This document shows positions 48,574-61,949 of a stretch of DNA of 64,000 bases, in pieces. The DNA is from Balanoglossus misakiensis (Eukaryota > Animalia > Hemichordata): NCBI GenBank assembly GCA_040954595.2, contig CM082577.2, forward strand, positions 16,127,903 through 16,191,902, read 5' to 3'. The translations under genes were made by a program, and so were the position numbers. Within the stretch, counting starts at the first letter, position 1. The number at the start of each line of letters is the position of its first letter. The notes beneath the pieces were generated by a model. The model was not told where the DNA came from. It worked only from the letters and a program-made list of their open reading frames with translations, and ran no database searches.

Positions 48574-51500
48574 TAGTCAGGTGGAGATTTGAGAAATTGT
48601 GACCCCCTCTGGCATTTTTTGGTACAAGCAAACCAAATATGTTTTTTGGTCAATTCGACTACGCTGATTTCGAAAATGCCTGTTCCCAAAAGATCTTTTT
48701 GAGATAAGAGCCTCGTTTTGGCAAATCAAATATGGCCGCCAAGGATCGCAATTCTCACATGAATAGCATCAAAGAAATGTTCACGTACCTCCTTAAATAA
48801 TGAAACTAAACTACATGTTTACATCAACAACTTTTTTTGGTTGTATAAACACAAAATAGCAACAATAAAACAATAATTATGCAAAAATTTGCATATTATA
48901 TGAATAATTCGTTGATTTTTGGCTACCAAATGATAATAAAGCTAGGTGTAACAGTACATGTACTGAAAACTCACAAGCATTGGAAAAAATTACCTTTTCT
49001 TTATTTTAATAAAGGACTTAAACCTTGTTCAAAACAATACTTCAAGTGTGAAGTTCATTTTGAGATAAGAGCCTCGATGTGGCAATTCAATATGGCCGTC
49101 TAAAGCCCTGTAGTGGAGCGGCCAAACCCTAATTTTCATAGTGATTGTGCATTTTGTGATAAAAGCACCAAACTTGGCTCAGATGTGTGTTAATGTGTAC
49201 TAAACAAATTCAGATAGGGAGCCACTAAATATATGTTGATGAGTTTCCATGGCAACCAATTTTTCAAAATGGCCACCAATACAGATAATTTCACCCACCA
49301 AATAACATCTGTAAACACCAAGATAAATTTAGATTACTATATTTGATACAAGGAACTGTGGAAAGAATAATTTACAAAGATATTATGGTTACTAAACTAC
49401 TTATAGGGGTAAGTAAGTTATCAAAACACAATCTAAAGGCACAACTTTTAATCCCTTTCGGATTAATAGGTGCTCCTCTTGAAGTCAAACCATACTGTCT
49501 ATGGTCAAACATTAGGCTAATTGCGATATTTAACTTGCAGTGCGTAAATTACACATATGAATCACAACAGTTTACCACCTTAGCTAATGATAATCATATA
49601 AACAGATCACCGATATATTCGAATTGCACACGGATGTGGGCTTGGCTTACTCGTGACTGGTAAAATTTCCTTATCAACTTAATAGGAGAGTCCACTGCCT
49701 GAAATAGACGTTGATCCAAACTGAGTCCGCGGTCGTCACGTTTATTGGTCGACAGACATGTCTTGATACTTTAGATCATGTATCAGTTCCACTCCAGCAA
49801 TTTTGGCGACTGTTAACAGAGTTGACCAAAAGATAAATGGTGTATATGATTCCAAACTCATAAAAATTACACCGGAGGACACAACATTATTTTATTTGTC
49901 GAGAATAGTGTCCATCATGCCATAAATATTGTCAAAAATGTGTGTTAATTATAGAAACCCAACTAAATATACAAGCAGTTGGCCTTTAGATTGGTAAATG
50001 GAAAAACAGGTCTTATTGCAATTTTCTGGGATTAGGTGCCCCAAGGCTCCCAACAAGTCACTTGGAATGTACTTCCATTCTAATATCTCAATGTGTAAAG
50101 ATGTGACTTTGCAAGAGATATTACGGAAAACTTCATTTCATTTAATAGCATGAAGTAAGCGAAATCTTACTCTTTACAGAAAAGCTGTGATCCTGAAGAC
50201 TTTTGGTGTTTTGAAGCTTATTTTCACTTTATCATTTTATTCTTTGATTTTGGGGGTTCAAAAATACACAAAATAACATGTCAAAAAAGAACTGCTGACT
50301 ATCATCAAGGTGCGATTAAAATTATCGATAACATGAGCAATACAAAGCACTTCAAGCGACTTCATCAAAACGCTTTCCGAAGGACAAGTATTGGATGAAA
50401 AGTTTGAAACAGATTTTGATTTTGATTCCTAACATCTATCTATGTACACGCACCCTAGACATAGTTTGTTTCTATAGTAACTTTAACAAACCAATCGACT
50501 GTCATGATACTGGCTTTCTGCCACCATTTTATGGGGAAGTGATTCTTTATTTGCATGAATCATTTGATGAAGATAAAATAGAAAAGCTGGATTCTGCACT
50601 GATTCAAACTGGTCAGATCAATTTATAAGGTTGAGAAACAAGATGCCGTTTTTTTCCTGGGTTCACTAAATGTGGAATTTTGTTCATCAAAGATATTTTT
50701 ATGGGGAAAATAACGAATCAACTGAGCTTTACTTGTTAAACTTTTATCACAAAATGCCGAAATGTTACGAAAATTGTGTTTATGCCAGGCCACTATTATA
50801 ATATATATATATGGTTATACAGTGTTTTAACTAAGTTTGTTGTATCCGGGGTTATTACCAAACTTGAATTTCTTTAGCGACTGAATCTCGATCCTGTATT
50901 TACCCCTATAACTAGTTTAGTGATGATATATATTTTGAAAATTACTCTTTGAGCAGTTTCTTGTTTCAAATATTGTAATATGAATTTATTGTGGTGTTTT
51001 ATAATTGTTATTTTGTGGGTGAGATTATCTGTATTGGCGGCCATTTTGAAAAAATGAAAAAAAATGGTTGCCATGGAAACTCATCAACAGATATTGTGGC
51101 TCGCTATCTGAATTTGTTTAGTACACATTAACGCACATCTGAGCCAAGTATGACACCCAAGTGGATTAAACATACATATATATATGTTGCCTCACTGACA
51201 CAATCTTCACTTTGCACACAGTATCATATATAAAAACGTAATAAAAATACACATTACTCTTTACTTATGAAGATAAATTGTTGTTAGAGACCGGGTTTCA
51301 AAAAAACACCGAGGACGTCGGGCCATCAGTGTGCATTCAACGTCTTATAACTAAGCATGAATATACGGTGCTGGCATAATGTAAGTGTGGCCATACGATG
51401 CTTTCGCTATTAATGAACAACTTGTACGTTAACAAATGCCAGTTTTGTTTGCAAAAAGTATGTTTTTGGCTTTTCACAACATTGAACATACATTCATAGT

Positions 51501-53035
51501 TCAATAACTTGTGAATTGTGGACCTAAACGTTCATACGTTCAATGTTCTGGTGTTTTTTAACGGAGCGATCGGTCACGATGTTACCAACGAGCATGTACA
51601 GTCTAAACTAAATCCTCGTTGTGTATGTTTATTTGTTTGTTTTTGTTGTTTTTACATGCTATTACATACAAATATGAAAAGTTTCATTTCAGTTATTCAT
51701 TAAAATGCAAACATTTGCCAAAAACATGTGAATAGACACCTCACTGGCCATAGTCGTATCATTAGCTTTCAATTGTCAATTTTAGCATGACATCATGAGT
51801 AATTAAGCTAATTTTGCATATTTTCCATGCTGCACCTTGTCTGACAAGGTAATCGATTGCATATTTGAATTCCTTGACCCTGAAAACATTGGAATAGACA
51901 CCTCACTTAACACTGTTGGCTCTCTTTTGTAGACCATTGATTTTAGATGGGTGTGTCACCTAATTAACATAAATTAGCATTTTTACCAATTCACCAAACG
52001 TTTCTAAATTTAAAAAAATGCTTAAAAATATTTAAATGAATATAAGAATATGATTTCAATAGACTATTATGGTGTTGACCTGTGATATTGCACCATAATG
52101 GCTACAAACAGCGTTTTCTTTTAGGTATTTTGAAATTATGACGTCACAAATTAATTTGCCATTTTCGACATGAAAACGTGAAAAGAATTTTTGGGAACAG
52201 GCAAATTCGAAATCAGCGTATTCTAAATATCCAAAAACAACTTGTTCCCAGCTTGTACCAAAAAAATGAATGACATGCTTTTAAAATGCTCATTTTCTGA
52301 AATTTCCACCTGGACCTAATTAACATAAATTAGCATTTTACCAATTCACAAAATGTTTCTAAATTAAAAAAAATTGTTTAAAAATATTTAAATGAATATA
52401 AGAATATGATTTCAATAGACTATTATGGTGTTTACCTGTGATATTGCACCATAATGGCTACAAACAGCGTTTTCTTTTATTCTTTTAGGTATTTTGAAAT
52501 TATGACGTCACAAATTAATTTGCCATTTTCGACATGAAAACGTGAAAAGAATTTTTGGGAACAGGCAAATTCGAAATCAGCGTATTCGAAATATCCAAAA
52601 ACAACTTGTTCCCAGCTTGTACCAAAAAAAATGAATGACATGCTTTTAAAATGCTCATTTTCTGAAATTTCCACCTGGACCTAATTAACATAAATTAGCA
52701 TTTTACCAATTCACAAAATGTTTCTAAATTAAAAAAACTGTTTTAAAATATTTAAATGATTATAAGAATATGATTTCAATAGACTATTATGGTGTTGACC
52801 TGTGATATTGCACCATAATGGCTACAAACAGCATTTTCTTTTAGGTATTTTGAAATTATGACGTCACAAATTAATTTGCCATTTTCGACATGAAAACGTG
52901 AAAAGAATTTTTGGGAACAGGCAAATTCGAAATCAGCGTATTCGAAATATCCAAAAACAACTTGTTCCCAGCTTGTACCAAAAAATGCCTGACATGCTTT
53001 TAAAATGCTCATTTTCTGAAATTTCCACCTGACTA
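48574..53035. mobile_element. Non-autonomous Academ-like element, copy 2, with a 3-bp TSD
   Basis: TAC|TAGTCAGGTGG...CCACCTGACTA|TAC. Lacks 187 bp present in copy 1 (27338-27524). Confidence 0.9.
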
Positions 53036-55159
53036 TACTGGCCATCCCGTCTCTCTCTTCATTCCAAACCTTTTCCCAAGTGTACGCCGTACATTAGGTG
53101 GCAAGTGTGACACATAAAGAAGTTGACAACAATAACAAAGTAGATGAAACTTCAAGAAAAAAGAGAGAGAAGATCAAAGAAAGGCAACAATTCAGAGAGA
53201 CAATGTCTTAAAATACAAAGTATGGCAGACAGTAGCTTCTTTGATGTGAGGTAAGGTGGAAGATATCACAAAGTTAGTGAATTTACCCTCTTGTAAATAT
53301 GATCCCTGTGAAGTTCAACACGTCTTCAACTTTGAAAATTCAATAACTCAGGAAACTGTTTATTTATCAGCATAATTTCAATAAAAAGTTAAAAATTATT
53401 GATGCTGTATTAATAGTGATTTGCTCCCTTTTTTCGGTTATGATAAACCTCATGAAGAAATTCCAGTGTCTATGTCTGATGACAGTTACAGTGACACAGA
53501 TGACTCTCACAGACATAATTCACAACATACAGGTTATCATGACAGAAATATACCTGGTCTGTAAATGAAAAAAACATGTAGAACTAGCACGGTAATTCAC
53601 TACACAAAAATAGCTACACAATTGGCAGATAAACAATAACAAATTTCTCTTCCATTGCAGTTCTGTAATCATAGATGGAACTTACATGCCATGTCAGGCT
53701 AACACAGCAACACTTGGCACATATGATGACATCATTGCAAAACTACCAATTGAAGTTGCATACAGAAAACGTCGTAATGCCATATAACAGAAATAAGGTA
53801 ACATGAAATTATGAAAACCATATGCTTTATATTTAAATGAACACCTGTATCGTATTTCCATTACCAACCAGTCTATAGATACAAATGAAAATAGCGTCAA
53901 GGACACCGTGGTCCCATTTGAGGATTATGAGGAAACAGTGACACACCATAATAAAAATTGCAGGTGACATTGCAAGCAGATATGATCTTACCATATAGAA
54001 ATATGGAATGTAAAAAAATTAACAAGGAATATGCCCAATAAACTGTCATATGTCATGGCAGTCTTACAAGTGGTGCTAATAAAAAATTGACCAAAAATTG
54101 TCTGTACAAACACATATGAGAAGCAACTTCTGTCAGTCAGCCCTGGAACAGACACACAGACAGACAGACACACACACACTGACCTGCCACTGGTTATTAA
54201 ACATTTAATAGCTGGTGGTCTCTGTAACAGCTGGCCTATTAAAGTTATGTAAACATGTTTTAGTTTCGGGGTAAAAACTCCTTGTAAATAGTAACTTTAA
54301 AAACAACTGGACAATTGGTTTATAAGAAGATTTGCTCACCAAAAACAAAGAAACTTACAAAAAAAACTCGCTAAATATTGAATATTTCTGATATCAGAAT
54401 TGAATAAAAGTTGCACATATACATGTATGTGTTAAGAAATTCTATCCTACATTTCAAAGCAATCAGAGAAAAAAACAAATTTCAAAGCAATCCAACAGGC
54501 AGTTTCACAGAAAATATTTGTTCAAAAGTGGCAAAAACTCAAATATGCAAATATCACCAAAATTGTACAATATCACCGCGTGAAATGTTCCGTAAGGAGA
54601 TTGCATGACGTGGAAAGTTCAAGCAGTAATGTGCAAAATTTAGTTTGTGAAATTTTGAGAGAGTCAAAAGTATTTTCTGTGCATAAAATGCAGGAATTTT
54701 TGATCTGAGTGCAATTCCAAAATATGTTATGTGTTTGTTCACATTGGCGGAGATTCATATTCAGGTCTAGAAAATTTCTTTTTATAAAATCACACACAGA
54801 CACACACACACACCACATCACATTTACCATTCTGTGTTCAAATTTACATCCAAGAAATCATTTGTAAGTTAATTGACTGAAAAGTCCATGAACAATTTTA
54901 TTTACAAGTTAAATAATTCCAAGAGATATTTACAATTAATGTGAAGTCATCAAAATAGTCATTGAAAAAGTCTTTAAAATCAGATGTCATGTAAACTTGA
55001 AACCAGATAACTAGAATTACACGGTTTGCATTCTCCAAGCCCAGTAAAATGTAGACAATGAATATGAACTCTTGAAGTAAAATAGCCAAGCAAAGGTTAC
55101 AGTACTGCAAACTCCCTCATTAGATACACAGTAAGTGATTAAAATAGCACCAGGTTCAT

Positions 55160-57550
55160 TTAAACTACTTGAAAGTCAATAGGGAGCGATGAATTGTTTA
55201 GAGGCACAACAACTGACACTTTTTCTCCACTGTTTTGGCAATAAGGAACTTTAACTTTGTCCTGTATACAAACACAAAGACTGTGTATTCTCTGAATAGT
55301 AACATACTCAGCCCCTTGCACACATTCAATATCCGTGCCCCAAACTTCTACATTGTTGCCAAAATTTCATTGGATGTCTTTTGAACCATAGCACTTTCGC
55401 AAGCATGTGTGGGACCTTCCTAACTTTGCCATCCGTATCAATTAAAACCTCACTACGTACAATTTGTTGAACAATTCCTGGGCGTAGCTCACAACTGAGG
55501 TCAACTGGACAGTATCCATATCTGTTTTCTCTCCCTGTCCATTTGGCACGAATACAAGCAGAGCGATTATTTCTTTTTTTTTTTTTTTCTTTAAAGTAAT
55601 GTTTATTCAACTCAAATTAACGTACATTTTTACATCCCACTCAATTAACATACATTTTACACATGCGTCTGATAAAGGCAAGATCCAACTTTACAATGTT
55701 TCTGTTCATTATCAATATTTCAAATACATATAGTTATGGTGAACTCTATAATAATTTTACATCTCAAAGAAGACTTAGACACTCTTGAATTTTTCCATCC
55801 TTTTTTATCTGTTGAGAGTACGTTAACTCTTCTATTAATAATCGGCGTATGTGATTTTCGTTAATAATTCTTGCTTTGTATACACAAAAAGTTGCCACCA
55901 TTATGATCATATTTAGTGATTCAAGCTTGTCACATTCCATCATGTACCCAAATACAATATGCTTCCAAATTAGCTTTATGTTAATATTGTACACAGTATT
56001 AATAAGAGCGTTCAGTCTTTTCCAAAAATGCTTCACAACAGAGCAATCAAAAAGAAACTGCATGCAGTCATCCGTACATTTACATATTTTACAATTCGGA
56101 TTGTCTGCTTTCTTCCATTTCCACAGATTTAAACCGTGTGGGATTTTGTTGTAAAGTAAAAAATAATTAAATTGGGCAATTTTTTTAACACCCAAGTCTT
56201 TTATTTTAATTTTCATGGTTAATGCCCAGTTTATGTGTTCTGTATCACAAATATTTGCCCAAAATGTCGGCGCATATGACTTCAACGCCTTTCTGTTCAC
56301 AATGTTCCAATAAAAATCTTTGCATAAAAAATCATGTATATTTTTGTATTTCCCTGTGTGATCTTTTTTCATTATTGTCTTTATATCTCGATTTACACAC
56401 AGAAAGTTCTTAGCAGACATCATTCTTCTCTTCCATTCGTTTGGTATGGCTTTTTTCAGTATTAGATACTGTGTTATCCAATTTCTTTTGTTTTTCAATT
56501 TTTCTAATAAATAGCCCCGTTTCATGAAAACACCTTTTTGAAACAAATCTGAAACATACATTATGTTGCAGTCAATCCATTCAGTAAAAAACAAGACTCT
56601 ATTATTACATGTTATATGTTGATTTCCCCAAATTACTTCCTCTCCAATATTGTTCAGAGACATTTTAACCTTGTGGTTATTCATGACAATATCGTACCAG
56701 AGCGATTATTTCTTGTATCATCGATACTTATCACATTTCCAATATACAAAACCTTTCTGTATGATTCTACAATAGGAATGACACTCAATATTCTGTCAGT
56801 GGGATATATATCTGTGTACATATCAAGTAAAGTATCTGTGGCATCTGAATCAAAATACAATGTTTTCTCTGGAGGCAATGGTACAATGTGCTCATCTTCA
56901 CTAAAATTAATATCTGTAGGATCTTCTGACACAGCAGTTTTGTGACTCTGGCAAATATCATTTATTTGAACCACTTTTTCACCTATAACCCCTTGCTGTC
57001 GTTGCAAATTGCCTGACAAAAGAATGCTATGAAAACCTTCACAGCCTTTAGACCATTCAATATCATCTAACTGCTGGCCCAAAGTAAATTTTCTCATCAA
57101 TTGGACTGTTATGGATTGATTGTTTGTGTGGAAATTACCCAAAATGCCATTGTAACGCTCAAATGAAAAACACCAAAAGCCGTACACTGGGCCATAATCA
57201 AGTATGCAATCCTTCAAATGAAGATGGAGATGCATATTGATTGTGCACAATTCTGAACCATATAGTCTCCGATGAAAGGTACAAAACTGATACAAAAAAG
57301 TGTGTGCCTTCTTAATATCATCAACTGTAATTAATTTAGAGCAAATTATCCTGCATGCCTTAACATATAAATTCCAGCAATTGTAATGGTCATTGGATAT
57401 TATTCCCTTTAAAGCATAGCTGGAGAAAATCAATACCCAGTTTTTCCACTGTTCTGCTGCAGTGAATCCACAAAACCCTGAAGCAATTTTACGCGGGATT
57501 CTGCCTACATTACCCGGAACTTTCAATGTGTCTACCCTATGCTGTATTGT
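55160..57550 (-). pseudogene. EnSpm/CACTA transposase, C-terminal half, interrupted by an L1/Tx1 insertion
   Basis: GRIPRKI..GF.GFTAAEQWKNW, NMHLHLHL.DCILDYGPVYGFWCFSFERYNGILG. Removing the insert restores DTRNNRSACIRAKW...LRPGIV...AKVLWFKRHP. Confidence 0.92.
55576..56697 (-). mobile_element. 5'-truncated L1/Tx1 non-LTR retrotransposon with poly(A) tail and a ~17-bp TSD
   Basis: TSD CAGAGCGATTATTTCTT at 55559-55575 and 56698-56714; poly-T on the + strand. ORF 55764-56684 has IWGNQHI and a zf-RVT-like CKICKCTDDCMQFLFDC. Confidence 0.92.
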
Positions 57551-57921
57551 CTCTTCTTCTTACAATGTTAAAATGACTATTTTTCAGAATAAATTCACAA
57601 CATAATATCAGCATCAGAGTTAAACTTATTGACATACTCCGGGAGAAGTGCCACGACTATTCATATGAGGAACATTGCAGTAAGTATTATTACAATAATT
57701 ATGTATTTATTCCAGGGATACATGTATACTAGTTCGTTTTCTAATAATCAACTCCCCTTCATGTATTGGTAGTTTATTATAATAAAAGTGTGACAGCTTT
57801 TGCCAAAAGTGTTGTGTTGTCATAAAATTATTTGTTGCCAAAGTTCAAATTGCATCTATCACTTGCAGCCACGCAATTAAACCTGTACATTAACAGCTAT
57901 ACCTTTCTTTTGTATTTTAGT

Positions 57922-58506
57922 AGCTGTAACAAGGCGGTACAACACCGAAAGAGTGAGGTACCGCGAGACGGAAAATTTAACATTTGGAGAAAATCAAAGA
58001 CAGCGACGGAAGTTGAAGAGTCGACAGCACAAGGTATCAGTATATACATGTTAAGCTTCATGTTATACTTTCTCATCTTTTCCATTTACAATTAATGTGA
58101 ATCAATGTGATGACAAAAAATCCAACGTGATCATATGCACATAATGAAGCTGCTGTGAGTAGACCAAGAAACTATATTACCGATAGGCAAAATATTGTAA
58201 AGAAACCCTGCACCTAAGGTTATTTAATTGATGGCTTATCAATTTTATTACGTAGAGACACATTTTTAAGTGTACTAATCAAATAATATTTGTTTTTAGA
58301 TTTTGAAAAGAAGATCAACGGCAGTCATTGAAGCAGAAAAAGAATTTTGAGGCAAAGTGACTGCAGAGTACATGTCGGACGAGGAGGTGCAGCCTGATGG
58401 GACGATTGTCGCTTCTCGACCACCATGGAGGAGTCATCGGCTTAACAATTTAATCGACACATTGAACACTAGACTACTAAATAATCAAAAATCTGCTGAT
58501 TATATG
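57922..58506 (+). pseudogene. Remnant of a CACTA-type accessory ORF
   Basis: Exon-like blocks at 57922-58032 and 58300-58506 with MSDEE.....RPPWRS..LN.LID.L. Confidence 0.5.
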
Positions 58507-58730
58507 GACAAAAAGTCATTCGAGGAATTTTGCTCATCGATTTTCCTTCCGTGTGCGGGCGATTTTTCCTGATCTTTTTACTTTTGCGCCGCGGATCACG
58601 ATATTCAACGTGTTTCATATTTTTTTTCCTCGCAAGGAAAATTACTCACCGTGTGCGCCGAACAAAGTAATTTTACTTACGTATCTAGCCTAATTGCGCA
58701 TGCGCTGGCATCACTTGACGACGATATAAG

Positions 58731-58913
58731 ATGGCCGCCTCCACTGAAAGTGAGCATTGTAACTACATAAACGAAGCCGTCCTTGAAGACAAGTTGGTAG
58801 AACTATGGGCAGAGTTTCCGGTCCTCTTTAACGTAACATCGCCCGACCGTGACAAAAAGGAGCATGCGCTCCAAGAAATTGGAGGGCAACTTGAAAAAAC
58901 AGGTAAGAGTTAA
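58731..58913 (+). pseudogene. MADF/Myb-SANT DNA-binding domain exon, Harbinger ORF2-like
   Basis: EDKLVELWAEFPVLFNVTS..RDKKEHALQEIG followed by a GTAAG donor. The upstream sequence matches 63903-64000, which follows a Harbinger-like terminus (TTTA|AGGCTGCCGCACAC). Confidence 0.6.
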
Positions 58914-59858
58914 AACTTTACGTGACAATACATTTCCATTAATGTGCAACAAAATAACAACTCTCTACTGACATTGTTACAATAAATGTAACTTGTACGT
59001 TCAAACACGTGGCGTACACAAAGCACCAGTGAATGAATGCCGTTAACGGTCTACTCCAGACGTCCTGCAATTGTCTGCCTGTTTCTTAATGGCATATTAC
59101 GTGAATAAATTACAAGCTCGACACGTGCCGGTTTCGGGATATAAATTGCACATCGATTCATACAACCTTAAAAACTGGTATTTCCTACACTTTCATGCAT
59201 GCAATTTATTAAGTTCTTTGACAACAAGAAGTACTTGCTTCTTTAAAAAAACACGCAGATACAACAAATCAGTGATCTCGGACAAGTCCAGCAACAAATA
59301 CAGCAACAAACCCAAACCACAACAGGTTATGTACAGTCAGTCAATGTCATCTTTAACTACCACTGTAAAAAATAATACCACATGTCCCTCCTACCGCCAC
59401 ACTTATCAGATGCAACACATGCAAAATGAAGCTAACTACCTCCAGTCTATTACCATATATGGTACTTAAACTGCTGTTGAGTAGCTCAGAACTAAAGTTT
59501 CATGTTCCTCATTCAGTTGTTCAAGATTTTCTCGACCGTTCTGAAAAAAAACACCTGATCACCGATCCAGATGCCACAGAGGATTATTTCCTCACAATTG
59601 GATCACCTCTTACACTGCAACATGACAATAGTCATGTAGAATACATATAATCAATCAGACAACTACCTCGACCACATCAGATCCACCTGAACAAAATCAA
59701 TCATGTCCAAAACCAAAAGAAGAGTAAAAACCCTATTTATCCAGAGAATAGTCCAGGATGGTATACCCAAAATTGCACCTGCAAGTCAACCATGTGCTTT
59801 GTCTACGGAGGATGAAAGCAAACTAGCCTGTGTATGATACGTGAGGTGAAATAATATG

Positions 59859-60300
59859 AGGTTATTACGAAAATACCGCAAAGTATGCATGAGGACATTA
59901 GCGCCAAGTATCGCCTGACGCGCAGCGGAGGGCGATGCGCTGCGCTAATGTCCGAGTGCATACTTTGCGGTATTTTCGTAATAACCTTATTATTATACAT
60001 CTTACATCTCCGTTAGTTCTTGTGTTGCATGTTACTTGGCCCAAAATGCCGATACAATCGATCGAAAACCGCTCAGTTGACTCAGTGAGCAGCCATCTTT
60101 GTTTTTTGTTTACGTGTGCGCACGTGCGTTGGAGTGGGGGCGCCTTGAAAACGTCCGCATAACAACGCATACCTGTACACGGTGAGTTGGGGCGCCTTGA
60201 AACCTAAAACTTATTTAACGCGCGTTCCGTACGTACCGTTCCGTACGGCTTTTTATTGCACGCCAAAATCTATTGTTCTCGGCACTAGATGTATAATAAT
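59859..60300 (+). mobile_element. Non-autonomous Crypton-like element: hairpin H4 plus a module with a 14-bp inverted repeat
   Basis: Hairpin 59859-59987, then ATTATTATACATCT...AGATGTATAATAAT. Confidence 0.7.
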
Positions 60301-61084
60301 AGAAAGATAACATACTTGTAAGAATTTTGATCCAGGAATCTTAATTTACAAGTTTATATGTCATACACATCTTTAAAAAATGTCTTAATGAAAGAAGTTA
60401 TTATTTCAACAACAAGTTTTCATACATTTGTTGCGTCGTTTTGATAACTATATGTGAGCGCACAGTGACACATTGTTTCTGTCTTCTTAAAGTAAGCCAC
60501 TATTACAGGCCTCTCAATTGCAGGGATAACCATTCTTATGCACTGTCTTTTGTTTCAGATTCAGACGTTTCGTGTGTTAATTACAAAGACAGCCTAATTA
60601 TTACAGAGGATGTACCAGCCATCTCATCAGACATTTCCAGGGAAAGTTTCAGTGACATTTCAAGTGATCCTATAAATAGTGATGTAGAAAGCATAAATGG
60701 TACAGGGAGCCAATCAGATATCATTACTGTAAAATATCATTACTGTAAAAGATGCCCTACCCTCACACCCTCACCATCCATCACTAATCTCTTCACACCT
60801 AACTTTCCATGCACAACAACCTGCACCTGCTACAAGACTCTGAGGATCTTGAGGACTTCCTCTTGCAACACCCACACTCCATCATTTCTAGTCACCACCA
60901 TGCTACCTCAACCATCACCCTCTCTTAACAACACAGACTCAAATATTCCCATCCCCCTTCCACAAAACTATCAATTCACCATGTGTGCACAGAAACTCCA
61001 CCCCCTTCAACATCAATGCACAAACTTCTCTACATTACACCTTCCCCTTCATTCACTTCATTTGAGTTTCCCTGATATTTGATT

Positions 61085-61440
61085 TCTGAAACTTACTGAT
61101 TTGCTTCTTTACTTTTACTTGCCATTTTTTTGCTTTTAACAAGTTCTCAATTAATTAGTTAATACTTACATTTCTACTTTCATTTACATTTTTATGCCTT
61201 CTACACCATTTTAGTATTTTTGCGATTTACATTACTTTCAGTTGCCCTTTTCTACACATTCTTAATTAATAAGTTACTATTTACATTTTCACTTTCACTT
61301 ACATTTCTATGCTTACTTCATTGTTTCATTAGCTTAGTGATTTGCTTCTTTACTTTCACTTGCCATTTTTATGTTTTTTACAAGTTCTCCATTAATTAGT
61401 TGCTATTTACATTTTTACTTGAAATTGCATTAATCTTAGT
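61085..61440. repeat. Degenerate T-rich minisatellite
   Basis: Repeated TTTAC(T/A)TT(T)CACTT...CATTTTT-like units. Confidence 0.7.
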
Positions 61441-61949
61441 TAGTTATTTACTTGTATGTAAGGTCAATCAAATGTTATTTTGGCCCAATAGCATACTCCT
61501 TATGGTTTGTGTGTCTGGCCAAATTTCATAGTAAATGTTTGGTAGTTTGGAGATCACATTGAGCAGGAAACTTAGTTTTTGATAAACAACTAAGCACATA
61601 CAGTTCTAGGCAACTTATTCTTATTTTTTCTGTCCTGCTTACCCACTCATCCTGCATTCCCTTCAATGGGTATAATAATTTACTGACAGAGGTATTATTG
61701 AAATATTTTTGTAATATGAGTGGCAGTTTTAATTTTTTACTTTCCAAAAGTATATAAAATTGTCCTTTTCAAAGATATACATGTAAAATGTATGCACTTT
61801 ACATTTGTAAAGATCTCTTGCTTTGTTATGGGAATTTTACTACATCTATTACAAAACTGACACTCATATTGGGTTTAGCATCCCTAGGTAATAGAATAAT
61901 GATTATATACGTATAAATATGTTCATTTTATTTCTTCATTTTTTTTCAG

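Noticed and set aside
26152-53035. The two 4.5-kb direct repeats as LTRs or ends of one giant composite element
   Set aside because: Each copy has its own TIRs, copy 2 has its own TSD, and the outer flanks (TAA, TAC) do not form a TSD.
60441-61082. 213-aa ORF
   Set aside because: Low-complexity Ser/Thr/Pro/Asp sequence with a non-ATG start. It may hold an exon of the 61950 gene but cannot be supported as a standalone CDS.
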